A DNA stretch of 32,000 bases from Synechococcus elongatus PCC 6301 (GTDB lineage: Bacteria; Cyanobacteriota; Cyanobacteriia; Synechococcales; Synechococcaceae), in contig NC_006576.1 of assembly GCF_000010065.1 (NCBI RefSeq), positions 2,340,001 through 2,372,000 on the forward strand, in the 5' to 3' direction. The notes below the pieces were generated by a model that was not told the origin of the DNA, did no database searches, and worked only from the letters and a program-made list of their open reading frames with translations. The number at the start of each line of letters is the position of its first letter. Position 1 is the first letter of the stretch. Position numbers and translations under genes: made by a program. Positions 1 through 10,529 of this stretch are shown here, in pieces.

Positions 1-1
1 C

Positions 2-58
2 CTGGACAATATGGAGCTTTACCAGCTGATATGGGCATTATCGCCCGAAAAAGAATAG
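2..58 (+). CDS. 3' end of a CDS entering from the left edge (LDNMELYQLIWALSPEKE*)
   Basis: Frame open from base 2 to TAG at 56-58, 12 nt before the ATG of the next co-directional gene; too short to identify. Confidence 0.4.
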   Translation: MDNMELYQLIWALSPEKE

Positions 59-70
59 GGCTCTGAGCTT

Positions 71-1117
71 ATGCGGATTGCGATCGCAACAGTTCAAGTT
101 CCCTTCTGCCGAGGAGGTGCAGAACTGCATGCAGAGCGTTTGCAAGCTGCTCTACAAAACTATGGATATCAATCTAATATTCTGACCATACCGTTTGCCT
201 TCTCTCCCCCACAAGTAGTTAGCGAATCCATAGATATTTGGCAATCAAGAGCAATTCAGCAGCTTGTTGCGGCGAGCTGTGATGCTTTGGTTACACTTCG
301 CTTCCCCGCCTATCTCATTAAGCATCCGAAACGCGTTCTATGGCTATTGCATCAGCATCGTGCAGTCTATGACCTTTGGGAGACACCCTACACAGATGAG
401 CTATCTAAGAGTTCAGAAGGAAAAGCTTTACAACATAAAATTCAGGCTATTGACACAAGAGAAATTAGTCAATATCAACATCGATTTAGTAACTCAATAA
501 CGGTTTCTGAAAGACTTTATCAATTTAACGGTATCACCTCTGAATTTCTTTATCATCCACCACCACTGGTTGGTCGATACTACTGCCAGCCAGCTCAGCC
601 ATTTATTTTCTGTCCTAGCCGACTAGAGGATCTGAAACGTCAAGATTTATTGATTGAAGCAATCGCGAAACTACCCGATGTATGTGTAATCCTCGCTGGT
701 GAAGGCGGTAACCGGCATCGTCTTGAAGCACTAATCTCAGATTTAGGACTGCAAGATCGGGTACGGTTGCTGGGGCATATCAGCGAAGCAGAACTATTGG
801 CTTTTTATGCCAATTGCCGGGCAGTGTTCTATGCTCCCTATGATGAGGATTTTGGCTACGTTACGCTTGAAGCAATGCTTTCCCGTAAGCCCGTTATTAC
901 TTGTCTAGATTCTGGTGAACCTGCTCGTATTATTCAGCATCAACAGACAGGATGGATTTGCGAACCAACCCCTGATGCGATCGCTGAGGTTATTCAATGG
1001 TGTTGGCAACATTCACATCAACTAGAAGATATTGGCATTGCTGGATGGGACCACTATCAAAGCCTTGGTATTTCTTGGGAAAACGTGGTAAATCGTTTAA
1101 CTTCTTCGTTCGCGTAG
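71..1117 (+). CDS. Glycosyltransferase, GT4-like (GT-B fold)
   Basis: 348 aa ORF with ATG start. N-terminal 'VPFCRGGAELHAERL', nucleotide-sugar-binding region 'LYAPYDEDFGYVTLEAMLSRKPVITCLDSGEPARI'-type EX7E motif. Confidence 0.9.
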   Translation: MRIAIATVQVPFCRGGAELHAERLQAALQNYGYQSNILTIPFAFSPPQVVSESIDIWQSRAIQQLVAASCDALVTLRFPAYLIKHPKRVLWLLHQHRAVYDLWETPYTDELSKSSEGKALQHKIQAIDTREISQYQHRFSNSITVSERLYQFNGITSEFLYHPPPLVGRYYCQPAQPFIFCPSRLEDLKRQDLLIEAIAKLPDVCVILAGEGGNRHRLEALISDLGLQDRVRLLGHISEAELLAFYANCRAVFYAPYDEDFGYVTLEAMLSRKPVITCLDSGEPARIIQHQQTGWICEPTPDAIAEVIQWCWQHSHQLEDIGIAGWDHYQSLGISWENVVNRLTSSFA

Positions 1118-1209
1118 AAGTTGATCTGTAGAACTTTGCGGGTGTCATTAATTGCTATCAAGAGTTACAATGACAGGTCATTCAGCTGTGTAATTGTGGC
1201 TTTTTAACT

Positions 1210-3591
1210 ATGCAGATTGGCATTATTGCTCCCAGCTCTGTCCCCTTCTGCATTGGTGGAGCTGAAAAATTTTGGTGGGGATTACAACGAGCCTTTAATG
1301 ATCTAACACCTCACGCAGCTGAATTAATTAAGCTACCATCGCCTGAAAATAATATCTACGACTTAATTCAAAGTTATCAACGGTTTTCACGATTTAATCT
1401 GAATCATTTTGACCTGCTAATAAGTAGCAAATATCCTGCTTGGATGGTTAATCATCCCCGCCATCTTTGCTATCTTCAACATCGTCTTCGTGGCCTTTAT
1501 GATACTGATAATGGTCATCAAGGAAATTTGAACTTAGCTCGCTATTCTCAACTCCAAAAAATTGAGAAAATCCTTGAAAAAAATGGCGATCGCTCCCAGC
1601 TAGAGCTTTTATTCTCTGAATTGAACGATTTCTTGAAAAATGAGCCTAGTGATTCTAAGCTTTTAGAGTTCCCTGGACAATTGATTCGGAAAGTTATTCA
1701 CTTTTGCGATCGCATTGCCTTGAGCCCTACTGAGATTGCTGGTTACGCTGCGATTTCCCAAAATGTTGCCCAGCGCAAAAACTACCTTCCTGATTCGGTA
1801 CGTCCGAAAGTAATTTATCATCCCTCTGATTTAGAAAAATTCTATTGTGATAAACAAGATTACTTTTTTACTATTAGTCGTTTAGATAACGCCAAGCGAG
1901 TCAGTTTGCTGATTTCTGCAATGCAGCAAGCTAAAACAGATATTCCATTACTGATTGCAGGGACTGGACCTGAATCAGAGAGTCTTAAAAAACAAGCTGG
2001 AAATGATTCCCGAGTTCGATTCTTAGGTTTTGTGAAAGATCGAGAGGTAATTGATCTCTATGCCAATGCTTTAGCTGTCCTTTATGTTCCCTATGACGAA
2101 GATTATGGGCTAGTTCCTATTGAAGCCTTTCGCTCTGGTAAGCCTGTTATTACAGTTACGGATGCTGGTGGCCCTTTAGAGTTTGTTCAAAACTTGACAA
2201 CGGGTTGGGTCGTGCCTCCAAAACCTGCAGCGATCGCTCAAGCAATTGATGACTGCAGCCAGAACCCTAGTCGTGCAGCGGAGTATGGCAAGGCGGGGCA
2301 AGCGATCGCAGAAACGATTACATGGGAAAAGACTGTTCAAGAACTGCTAGATCTAGTCGAACCCAAATTACAGCCTGCTACACCGCGACGATCGCAGCTT
2401 GTAATTGGATCAACCTTCCCTGTTACCCCACCCCGGAGTGGCGGGCAAAGCCGAATTTTTAATCTTTATCGAGCACTCAGTCATGAATTTGAGGTTGAAT
2501 TGATCAGCCTTGGCCCAGTTAATAGTGAGCCCAAAACCTATCAAATCAATCCAAACTTCTGTGAAGTTGTTATTCCTAAATCACCGATCCATCAAAAACT
2601 AGAAAGTCGGCTCGAGCGTCAAGCTGGTATTTCAATTGGAGATCTCGCTGCAACTTTTTATGGCGATCGCACACCGCAACTGCTTGAAGTGATTGAGCAG
2701 CGACGATCGCAGGCTGATGTTCTGATTGCTTCTCATCCTTACTTACTGCCTTGGCTACAGCCCAATTCCAGGGCTAATAAATTAGTCTATGAAGCACACA
2801 ACTGTGAGTTTGACCTCAAGCGGGGTCTGTTTCCCCAAAACCGTAAAGGAACGAATTTAACCCAAGAAGTACTAAAGCTGGAAGAAAATGCTTGTCAACA
2901 AGCTGATCTGATTGTGGCTTGTCTAGAGGCTGATTGGGAGCGGCTCTGCCATCTGTATCACTGCCAAAAGACACCTTATGTTTTAGTTCCTAACGGAGTT
3001 AACTGCCAAGAAGTTACTTTTGTTGATTCCGCCCTGCGATCGCAGTGGAAACAAAAGATTGGTTATTCATCCTTTATTTTTCTATTTATCGGAAGTTGGC
3101 ATCAACCGAATGTCGAAGCTGCCCACAGCATTGTCAGTTGGGCTATCGACTTCCCCGAGCAACAGTTTTTAATTGTGGGTAGTGTTGGCCACGCGATTGA
3201 GCAAGAGTTTAGACGAATTCCTCCTAATATTCATTGCTTGGGTGAAGTGGATGCACGGACTAAGCAAGTGGCTCTTAATGTCGCTGATGTAGCACTGAAT
3301 CCTATGACGTCTGGTTCCGGTTCTAACCTAAAAGTAGTGGAATATTTAGCCGGTGGCTTACCGCTCATTACTACTGAGTTTGGAGTTCGAGCATTGCCTT
3401 TAGAACTGCAGGAACAGTGTCAGATTGGTGCTTTGAATGAGTTTCCAATGCTGATGCAAAAAGCGATTGATCAACCAGACTTACACGATCCTATCGCCCG
3501 CAGAAATGCTCGCTATATCGTTGAGCAAAAACTTGATTGGCGAGCGATCGCCAAGGACTACGCGATCGCCCTCAAAGAATTGTTGAAATAA
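1210..3591 (+). CDS. Double-domain glycosyltransferase (two GT4-like modules)
   Basis: 793 aa ORF. First half resembles the preceding gene ('VPFCIGGAEKFWWGLQ', 'YVPYDEDYGLVPIEAFRSGKPVITVTDAGG'). Second half has its own N-term 'TFPVTPPRSGGQSRIFNLYRAL' and a 'NPMTSGSGSNLKVVEYLAGGLPLITTEFG' GT-B C-terminal motif. Confidence 0.88.
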   Translation: MQIGIIAPSSVPFCIGGAEKFWWGLQRAFNDLTPHAAELIKLPSPENNIYDLIQSYQRFSRFNLNHFDLLISSKYPAWMVNHPRHLCYLQHRLRGLYDTDNGHQGNLNLARYSQLQKIEKILEKNGDRSQLELLFSELNDFLKNEPSDSKLLEFPGQLIRKVIHFCDRIALSPTEIAGYAAISQNVAQRKNYLPDSVRPKVIYHPSDLEKFYCDKQDYFFTISRLDNAKRVSLLISAMQQAKTDIPLLIAGTGPESESLKKQAGNDSRVRFLGFVKDREVIDLYANALAVLYVPYDEDYGLVPIEAFRSGKPVITVTDAGGPLEFVQNLTTGWVVPPKPAAIAQAIDDCSQNPSRAAEYGKAGQAIAETITWEKTVQELLDLVEPKLQPATPRRSQLVIGSTFPVTPPRSGGQSRIFNLYRALSHEFEVELISLGPVNSEPKTYQINPNFCEVVIPKSPIHQKLESRLERQAGISIGDLAATFYGDRTPQLLEVIEQRRSQADVLIASHPYLLPWLQPNSRANKLVYEAHNCEFDLKRGLFPQNRKGTNLTQEVLKLEENACQQADLIVACLEADWERLCHLYHCQKTPYVLVPNGVNCQEVTFVDSALRSQWKQKIGYSSFIFLFIGSWHQPNVEAAHSIVSWAIDFPEQQFLIVGSVGHAIEQEFRRIPPNIHCLGEVDARTKQVALNVADVALNPMTSGSGSNLKVVEYLAGGLPLITTEFGVRALPLELQEQCQIGALNEFPMLMQKAIDQPDLHDPIARRNARYIVEQKLDWRAIAKDYAIALKELLK

Positions 3592-3635
3592 TCTAGTCCT
3601 AGCGAGCTTGAATTCTGACGCCTGAAGGTTGCAAT

Positions 3636-4217
3636 TTAGACCTTTGCGAGGGTGACCCGCTCTGGCTGGTTCTGATATTTACCAAAGCGATCGGCGTAGG
3701 TGGTGTCGCAGGGTTCGCCTTCGAGGAATAGCAGCTGACAGATTCCTTCATTGGCGTAAATGCGGCAGTCGGCACCAGAAGAGTTGCTAAACTCCAGCGT
3801 CAAATGACCTTCCCAAGAAGCTTCTGCTGGTGTCGTATTTACAATGATGCCGAGGCGAGCGTAGGTGCTTTTGCCCAAGCAAACGACGGTGATGTTCGAT
3901 GGGACGCGCAGTCGTTCCAGTGCCACTCCAAGGCCATAACTATGGGCAGGAAGGATGAAGTATTGACCATCCTGATCCTCATGCAATTCCACCGACTCTA
4001 GGTTGGCGGGATTGAAGCGCTTGGGATTGACGACGGTGCCGGGAATATGACGAAAGATCAGAAACTCTTGGGGCGACAACCGCAGGTCATAGCCATAGGA
4101 GGAACAGCCATAGCTGAGAACAGGGGCGTCGGCGCTGTGGCGAATCAGATTGGCCTCAAATGGCTCAATCATGCCGGCGCGGGCTTGTTCAACAATCCAC
4201 TTATCGTTCTTGAGCAT
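3636..4217 (-). CDS. dcd: dCTP deaminase
   Basis: 193 aa ORF, ATG start. Characteristic 'SSYGYDLRL', 'VVCLGKSTYARLG', 'EGHLTLEFSN' and 'GICQLLFLEGEPCDTTYADRFGKYQNQ' motifs. Confidence 0.95.
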   Translation of the reverse strand: MLKNDKWIVEQARAGMIEPFEANLIRHSADAPVLSYGCSSYGYDLRLSPQEFLIFRHIPGTVVNPKRFNPANLESVELHEDQDGQYFILPAHSYGLGVALERLRVPSNITVVCLGKSTYARLGIIVNTTPAEASWEGHLTLEFSNSSGADCRIYANEGICQLLFLEGEPCDTTYADRFGKYQNQPERVTLAKV

Positions 4218-4270
4218 GGCGATCGCAGCAATTCATGCTCATCATAAGTTGCGATCGCAGAGGTTCTTCG

Positions 4271-4759
4271 ATGGGTCAGCCACAAACTGCTGAGGGTTGG
4301 ATTTCGGCGCTGGACTTGCAACCGCATCCAGAAGGCGGGTTCTACCGCGAGATCTATCGTGCTGACGGGATGGTTACTGCAGGCGATCGCCAGCGATCAG
4401 CGAGTACAGCTATCTATTATCTGCTGCGGGCCGGGGAGCGATCGCGATTACATCGCCTGAAATCCGATGAACTTTGGCATTTCTACGCAGGTCAGCCTCT
4501 GACTGTCCACCAGCTCATTCCTGAGCAGGGCTACCAGACGCTGACGATCGGGGCTGATCTCAGCCAAGGTCAGCAACTCTGTGGTGCAGTGCCGGCGGGT
4601 GTTTGGTTTGGGGCAACTGTTGCAGCCGAAACTGGATTCTCTTTAGTGGGCTGTACCGTCGCGCCGGGCTTCAGCTTCGAGGATTTTGAAATGGCGGAAG
4701 CAGAGGTCTTACTGCAGTTGTTCCCTAGGTCGCGATCGCTGATTGAACAATTAACTTGA
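4271..4759 (+). CDS. Cupin-fold protein, DUF985-like
   Basis: Likely ATG at 4271 inside the longer track ORF (4235). 'LQPHPEGGFYREIYRA', 'STAIYYLL', 'RSRLHRLKSDELWHFYAG', 'LVGCTVAPGFSFEDFEMA'. Confidence 0.85.
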   Translation: MGQPQTAEGWISALDLQPHPEGGFYREIYRADGMVTAGDRQRSASTAIYYLLRAGERSRLHRLKSDELWHFYAGQPLTVHQLIPEQGYQTLTIGADLSQGQQLCGAVPAGVWFGATVAAETGFSLVGCTVAPGFSFEDFEMAEAEVLLQLFPRSRSLIEQLT

Positions 4760-4820
4760 AGCAAGCGGCGGAGCTCGAATGAGATAATGGAGACTCGCCA
4801 TTTTCGTCATAGCAACGCCA

Positions 4821-6227
4821 ATGAGCCGCGGTACCCTGTTCGACAAAGTTTGGGACTTGCACACGGTTGCCACCTTGCCCTCGGGCCAGACGCAGCTGTT
4901 CATTGGCCTGCACCTGATCCACGAAGTCACCAGCCCGCAAGCCTTTTCGATGCTGCGCGATCGCGGCTTGACCGTGAAATTTCCGGGACGAACGGTCGCA
5001 ACGGTTGACCATATTGTGCCGACGGAAAATCAGGCGCGTCCTTTTGCAGACAGCTTGGCCGAGGAGATGATTGTCACCTTGGAGCGCAACTGCCGCGAGA
5101 ATGGCATCCGCTTCTACAACATCGGTTCGGGCAGTCAGGGCATCGTCCATGTGATTGCGCCAGAGCAAGGCTTGACTCAGCCCGGCATGACGATCGCTTG
5201 CGGTGATAGCCATACCAGTACTCACGGGGCGTTTGGTGCCATCGCTTTTGGGATTGGCACCAGCCAAGTTCGCGATGTCTTGGCCTCACAAACGCTGGCG
5301 CTGAGTAAGCTGAAAGTTCGCAAGATCGAAGTCAACGGCGAGCTGCAGCCCGGCGTCTACGCCAAGGACGTGATTCTGCACATCATCCGTAAGCTCGGTG
5401 TCAAAGGTGGCGTCGGCTACGCCTACGAGTTCGCGGGTAGCACTTTCGCGGCGATGTCGATGGAAGAACGGATGACCGTCTGCAACATGGCGATCGAGGG
5501 CGGGGCGCGTTGCGGCTACGTCAATCCAGATCAGATCACCTATGACTATCTGCAAGGTCGTGAGTTTGCGCCCCAAGGCGAAGCCTGGGATCGGGCGATC
5601 GCTTGGTGGGAGAGCCTGCGCAGCGAAGCCGATGCGGAATATGACGATGTTGTTGTCTTTGATGCGGCGGAGATTGCACCGACCGTGACTTGGGGGATTA
5701 CCCCCGGCCAAGGCATCGGGATCACGGAGACCATCCCGACGCCCGATAGTTTGCTCGATGAAGATCGGGCGGTAGCGGCGGAAGCCTACAGCTACATGGA
5801 TTTGGAGCCTGGTGCACCGCTGCAAGGTACGAAAGTTGATGTCTGTTTCATCGGTAGTTGCACTAATGGCCGGTTGAGCGACTTGCGCGAAGCTGCCAAG
5901 GTTGCCCAAGGTCGCAAGGTCGCGGCGGGGATTAAAGCCTTCGTGGTGCCCGGTTCCGAGCGCGTCAAACAGCAAGCCGAAGCCGAAGGCCTCGACCAAA
6001 TCTTTACGGCGGCAGGCTTTGAGTGGCGGCAGGCCGGCTGCTCGATGTGTCTGGCGATGAACCCGGACAAACTGGAAGGCCGCCAAATCAGTGCTTCTTC
6101 ATCCAACCGCAACTTCAAGGGGCGCCAAGGCTCAGCTTCGGGTCGGACGCTTTTGATGAGTCCGGCGATGGTGGCGGCAGCAGCGATCGCGGGCGAAGTG
6201 ACGGACGTTCGTAACTGGCTGAACTAG
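4821..6227 (+). CDS. leuC: 3-isopropylmalate dehydratase large subunit
   Basis: 468 aa. '[13 protein letters not shown]', '[24 protein letters not shown]', '[14 protein letters not shown]', '[10 protein letters not shown]' (4Fe-4S Cys ligands), '[10 protein letters not shown]'. Confidence 0.98.
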   Translation: MSRGTLFDKVWDLHTVATLPSGQTQLFIGLHLIHEVTSPQAFSMLRDRGLTVKFPGRTVATVDHIVPTENQARPFADSLAEEMIVTLERNCRENGIRFYNIGSGSQGIVHVIAPEQGLTQPGMTIACGDSHTSTHGAFGAIAFGIGTSQVRDVLASQTLALSKLKVRKIEVNGELQPGVYAKDVILHIIRKLGVKGGVGYAYEFAGSTFAAMSMEERMTVCNMAIEGGARCGYVNPDQITYDYLQGREFAPQGEAWDRAIAWWESLRSEADAEYDDVVVFDAAEIAPTVTWGITPGQGIGITETIPTPDSLLDEDRAVAAEAYSYMDLEPGAPLQGTKVDVCFIGSCTNGRLSDLREAAKVAQGRKVAAGIKAFVVPGSERVKQQAEAEGLDQIFTAAGFEWRQAGCSMCLAMNPDKLEGRQISASSSNRNFKGRQGSASGRTLLMSPAMVAAAAIAGEVTDVRNWLN

Positions 6228-7118
6228 GTGCCGCCTCTGCGTCTGGCGATCGTTGGCGATATCCACGATCAGTGGACGCTGGCGGATCAACAACTGCTGC
6301 TGCAACTTCAGCCGGATCTGACGCTGTTTGTCGGTGACTTTGGCAATGAGTCGCTGGCCCTAGTTCAAGCGATCGCGGCGATCCCTTTGCGGAAGGCGGT
6401 GATTCTCGGTAACCACGATGCTTGGTACACGGCGACCCGCTGGCGGCGATCGCAATGTCCCTACGACTGGATGCGCGAAAATCGCTTTGAGCAGCAGCTA
6501 GAGGCGCTGGGGGGGCTTCATATCGGCTATGGTCGCCTCGATTTTCCTGAGTGGAATTTGAGCGTGGTCGGGGGGCGACCCTGTAGTGCAGGCGGCAGCC
6601 AGTGGCAGCATCGCCGCTTTTATCGCCACTACTACCAAGTTGGCAGCTTCCCTGAATCGGCGCAACGGATTGCCGATTGTGCGATCGCCTCACCCTGTGA
6701 TCGTGTCCTCTTCCTCGCTCACTGCGGCCCCAGTGGTTTGGGCGATCAACCGGAAGATCCCTGTGGCAAGGATTGGTCGCGTCCCGGTGGAGATTTCGGC
6801 GATCCGGATCTGGCCATGGCGATCGCTCAAGTTCAGGCCCAGAAAGTAGTGCCCCTCGTCTGTTTTGGGCACATGCACCACCGCCTGCGGCATCGTCGCG
6901 ATCGCCCGCGACGCAGTTGGCATCGGGATACTGCTGGCACGGTCTACCTCAATGCAGCTGCGAGTCCGCGCATCTTGAAAGCGCAGCAAACAACGCTGCA
7001 CCACTTGCTCTGGGTTGAACTCAGCGACAGTCTGGTCACCGCTCAGCAGACTTGGTGGACGCCTGCGGGAGTCTTAGTTCAATCCGAAGAACTGCCGTTG
7101 GTGCCCCAGCCAGCTTGA
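6228..7118 (+). CDS. Metallophosphoesterase (calcineurin-like)
   Basis: 296 aa, GTG start directly abutting the leuC stop. 'VGDIHDQW', 'FVGDFGNES', 'LGNHDAWY', 'LAHCGPSG', 'CFGHMHH'. Confidence 0.92.
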   Translation: MPPLRLAIVGDIHDQWTLADQQLLLQLQPDLTLFVGDFGNESLALVQAIAAIPLRKAVILGNHDAWYTATRWRRSQCPYDWMRENRFEQQLEALGGLHIGYGRLDFPEWNLSVVGGRPCSAGGSQWQHRRFYRHYYQVGSFPESAQRIADCAIASPCDRVLFLAHCGPSGLGDQPEDPCGKDWSRPGGDFGDPDLAMAIAQVQAQKVVPLVCFGHMHHRLRHRRDRPRRSWHRDTAGTVYLNAAASPRILKAQQTTLHHLLWVELSDSLVTAQQTWWTPAGVLVQSEELPLVPQPA

Positions 7119-7147
7119 TAAAATCACCTGCGGACTGGGCGGAGAAA

Positions 7148-8395
<1,248 letters not shown>

Positions 8396-8430
8396 AGGGC
8401 TCGATGCTCCCAGTGATCGTCAAAACAAAG

Positions 8431-8459
8431 AAGGCCTTCAGGTGTCTTGAAGACCTTTT
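8431..8459. terminator. Probable bidirectional intrinsic terminator between argJ and the convergent oxygenase gene
   Basis: AAGGCCTTCAGG-TGT-CTTGAAGACCTT followed by TT; 12-position stem with one mismatch and one G-T wobble, T tract on the + side and an A-rich tract (CAAAACAAAG) on the other side. Confidence 0.75.
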
Positions 8460-8466
8460 GAGTAAA

Positions 8467-9279
8467 TTAGGGCAGGAGTCGCTTGATCAGCTGCTTGAGG
8501 CGTTGCCGTTTTGATCCGAGGTCCGCTGTCGTCACAGCGGGGCGACTTTCGGGCAGCTCAAACACCACGTTAAACAGTCGTCGCTGCTGTCCTGCGGGGC
8601 AGGTGAGTGCCTCAACGCCATGCCACGCTTCAGGGGTATTGCGGAATAGGAAGCAGCGGTTGTTGAGAAACTGTGTGGGGATGATGGTGCCAAATTGGTT
8701 GAAGTCGGGATTCATCACCTTGGTTTTACGATCGCCTAGAACCAGCGTTGCCCCACCCCAAGCTGGATCCCAATTGGCATCGGTATTGAAGTAGAAAATC
8801 AGGGTGCCAATCTTCAGCTCGGAATCAAGGTGCGGCGACACTTCTGAACCACCCGTTCCCACATGCCAGGCAAAACGCATCAGGTAGCGATCGCTACCCA
8901 AGGCCTGACGAATGAATCGATGGAAAGACTCTGAAGTCTGAAGCTCAGTCAAGAATTGCTGCCACGGTAAGGGCAGATCTGTGAGTCGAGCGACGCCAGG
9001 AGCTGAGGCGCCAGCACTTGGCCCGTGGTAAATCGATGTCTCGTAGGCCAGGTAGTAGCGATCGTGAGGGCGCTGGCCATAGTGCCGACTGCGGCTTTCA
9101 TGGCGTTCAAATAGACTGAGCGGAGGGAACTGCGCACACAATTGCTCAAATGCAGGAGCCGCAAGCAGCCCTACTGGGTTGAGCCACGGAAAAGGCGATC
9201 GCTGCAAGAAAGCATCCACGTCTAGGCCAGCGAGCACCTGCGGGTCTAGGAACGTTGTGGGAGCGAGCGTAGTGCCCAT
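8467..9279 (-). CDS. 2OG-Fe(II) oxygenase (prolyl 4-hydroxylase-like)
   Basis: 270 aa. HxD...H triad context 'VSPHLDSELKIGTLIFYFN' and 'RCFLFRNTPEAWHGVEAL'. Confidence 0.8.
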   Translation of the reverse strand: MGTTLAPTTFLDPQVLAGLDVDAFLQRSPFPWLNPVGLLAAPAFEQLCAQFPPLSLFERHESRSRHYGQRPHDRYYLAYETSIYHGPSAGASAPGVARLTDLPLPWQQFLTELQTSESFHRFIRQALGSDRYLMRFAWHVGTGGSEVSPHLDSELKIGTLIFYFNTDANWDPAWGGATLVLGDRKTKVMNPDFNQFGTIIPTQFLNNRCFLFRNTPEAWHGVEALTCPAGQQRRLFNVVFELPESRPAVTTADLGSKRQRLKQLIKRLLP

Positions 9280-9449
9280 CTTTGATTTTTAGAAACCAAG
9301 CCAGTTCTTAGTCTAGGGTTCGAAACCAGAAATGAGACTGCCGCCTAGACCAGAATACCGGTGGTCACAGGTTGGTCTTTCTCGACAAGGATGGCAGGAT
9401 ACTGCCAAGCCCTCTGCTCCACTCTCTTTCTTCGGCCAAGGTTGACGCA

Positions 9450-10529
9450 ATGATTGGCTACATCATCCTGCTGGTCTGCACGATCGCGTTGTTTGCCCTG
9501 TTCTATGTGGGGCTGAATTTGCACTGGGGCTATACGGGGTTGCTCAACTTTGGCCATGTGGCTTTTCTGCTGATTGGGGCCTACAGTGTTTCCCTGCTGG
9601 CGCAGCAGGGCTGGCCGCTCTGGCTCGCCGCGATCGCAGGAGTGACTCTAGCGGCTCTCTTGGGCTTGGTGATGGGAGTGGCGAGCTTGCGACTGAGTCA
9701 GGATTACCTCGGCATCGTCACGGTTGGACTAGCGGAAGTACTGCGCATTTTTGTCCAAAACGAAACGGGCTTGACTCAAGGCAGCTTTGGCGTTCAGGCT
9801 TATCCGATCATTCTGCAGGGCTGGGAACCGCCAATCTGGCAAACTCATTTACTGGTTGTGGGGCTGCTGGCGATCGCTGCTTGGGGCTATTGGCAACTGT
9901 GGCAGTGGTGGCGCAGTAGCGCGAGTCGGGGGAAACATTGGCTGGCGATCGTCGCCCTAGGGAGCAGTCTGATCGTTCTGCCGCCTGCGGCCTTGGGACT
10001 AGCGGACTATGAACGCTATCCGCGCTCGGGGCAAATGCTGCTGTTGCTGGGGGCGCTCTGGCTGACAGTCGCAGCGGTTGACCGCTTGGTGCGATCGCCC
10101 TGGGGGCGGGTGCTCAAGGCGATTCGCGAAGATGAAACGGTGGCGATCGCCCTCGGGAAGAATGTCCTGTCCTACAAGCTGCAATCCTTGGCACTGGGCG
10201 GGGCGATCGCGGGGCTAGCTGGAGTGTTCTATGCTTGGCAACTCACCGCCATCTACCCCGATAATTTCCGGCCTCAGCTGACCTTTGACGTCTGGACGAT
10301 GCTGGTACTGGGTGGGACTGCCCACCGGTTTGGACCTGTCCTAGGCGCAGCGGTGTTTTGGCTCTACGACAGTCTGACGCGATTTCTCCTCCCGGCGATC
10401 CTACCTTTGGATGGATCGCAGATTGGTGCCTTGCGAATTGCCTTGGTGGGACTGTTGTTAATGGCCTTGATGATTTGGCGCCCCCAAGGCATCTTGGGAC
10501 GACGGGAGGAACTGAGTCTTGGCCGCTGA
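9450..10529 (+). CDS. Branched-chain/neutral amino-acid-type ABC transporter permease (LivM family)
   Basis: Start taken as ATG 9450 (track ORF begins at 9372). 'LNLHWGYTGLLNFGHVAFLLIGAY', 'LRLSQDYLGIVTVGLAEVLRI', 'RSPWGRVLKAIREDETVAIALGKNVLSYKLQSLALGGAIAGLAG'. Confidence 0.92.
   Translation: MIGYIILLVCTIALFALFYVGLNLHWGYTGLLNFGHVAFLLIGAYSVSLLAQQGWPLWLAAIAGVTLAALLGLVMGVASLRLSQDYLGIVTVGLAEVLRIFVQNETGLTQGSFGVQAYPIILQGWEPPIWQTHLLVVGLLAIAAWGYWQLWQWWRSSASRGKHWLAIVALGSSLIVLPPAALGLADYERYPRSGQMLLLLGALWLTVAAVDRLVRSPWGRVLKAIREDETVAIALGKNVLSYKLQSLALGGAIAGLAGVFYAWQLTAIYPDNFRPQLTFDVWTMLVLGGTAHRFGPVLGAAVFWLYDSLTRFLLPAILPLDGSQIGALRIALVGLLLMALMIWRPQGILGRREELSLGR

Noticed and set aside
264-500. 78-aa ORF nested in the first glycosyltransferase
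   Set aside because: Same strand, alternative frame within a clear GT4 gene; no independent evidence.
5286-6086. 266-aa ORF antisense to leuC
   Set aside because: The plus strand encodes unmistakable LeuC. The antisense product (His/Arg/Gly-rich, no recognisable domain) is expected from codon bias opposite a G/C-rich gene.
6115-6693. 192-aa ORF antisense to leuC end and metallophosphoesterase
   Set aside because: Low-complexity Ser/Pro/Arg-rich translation overlapping two well-supported genes; no motif support.
7052-7147. N-terminal extension of the argJ track ORF
   Set aside because: Overlaps the end of the metallophosphoesterase; ArgJ similarity begins after the ATG at 7148.
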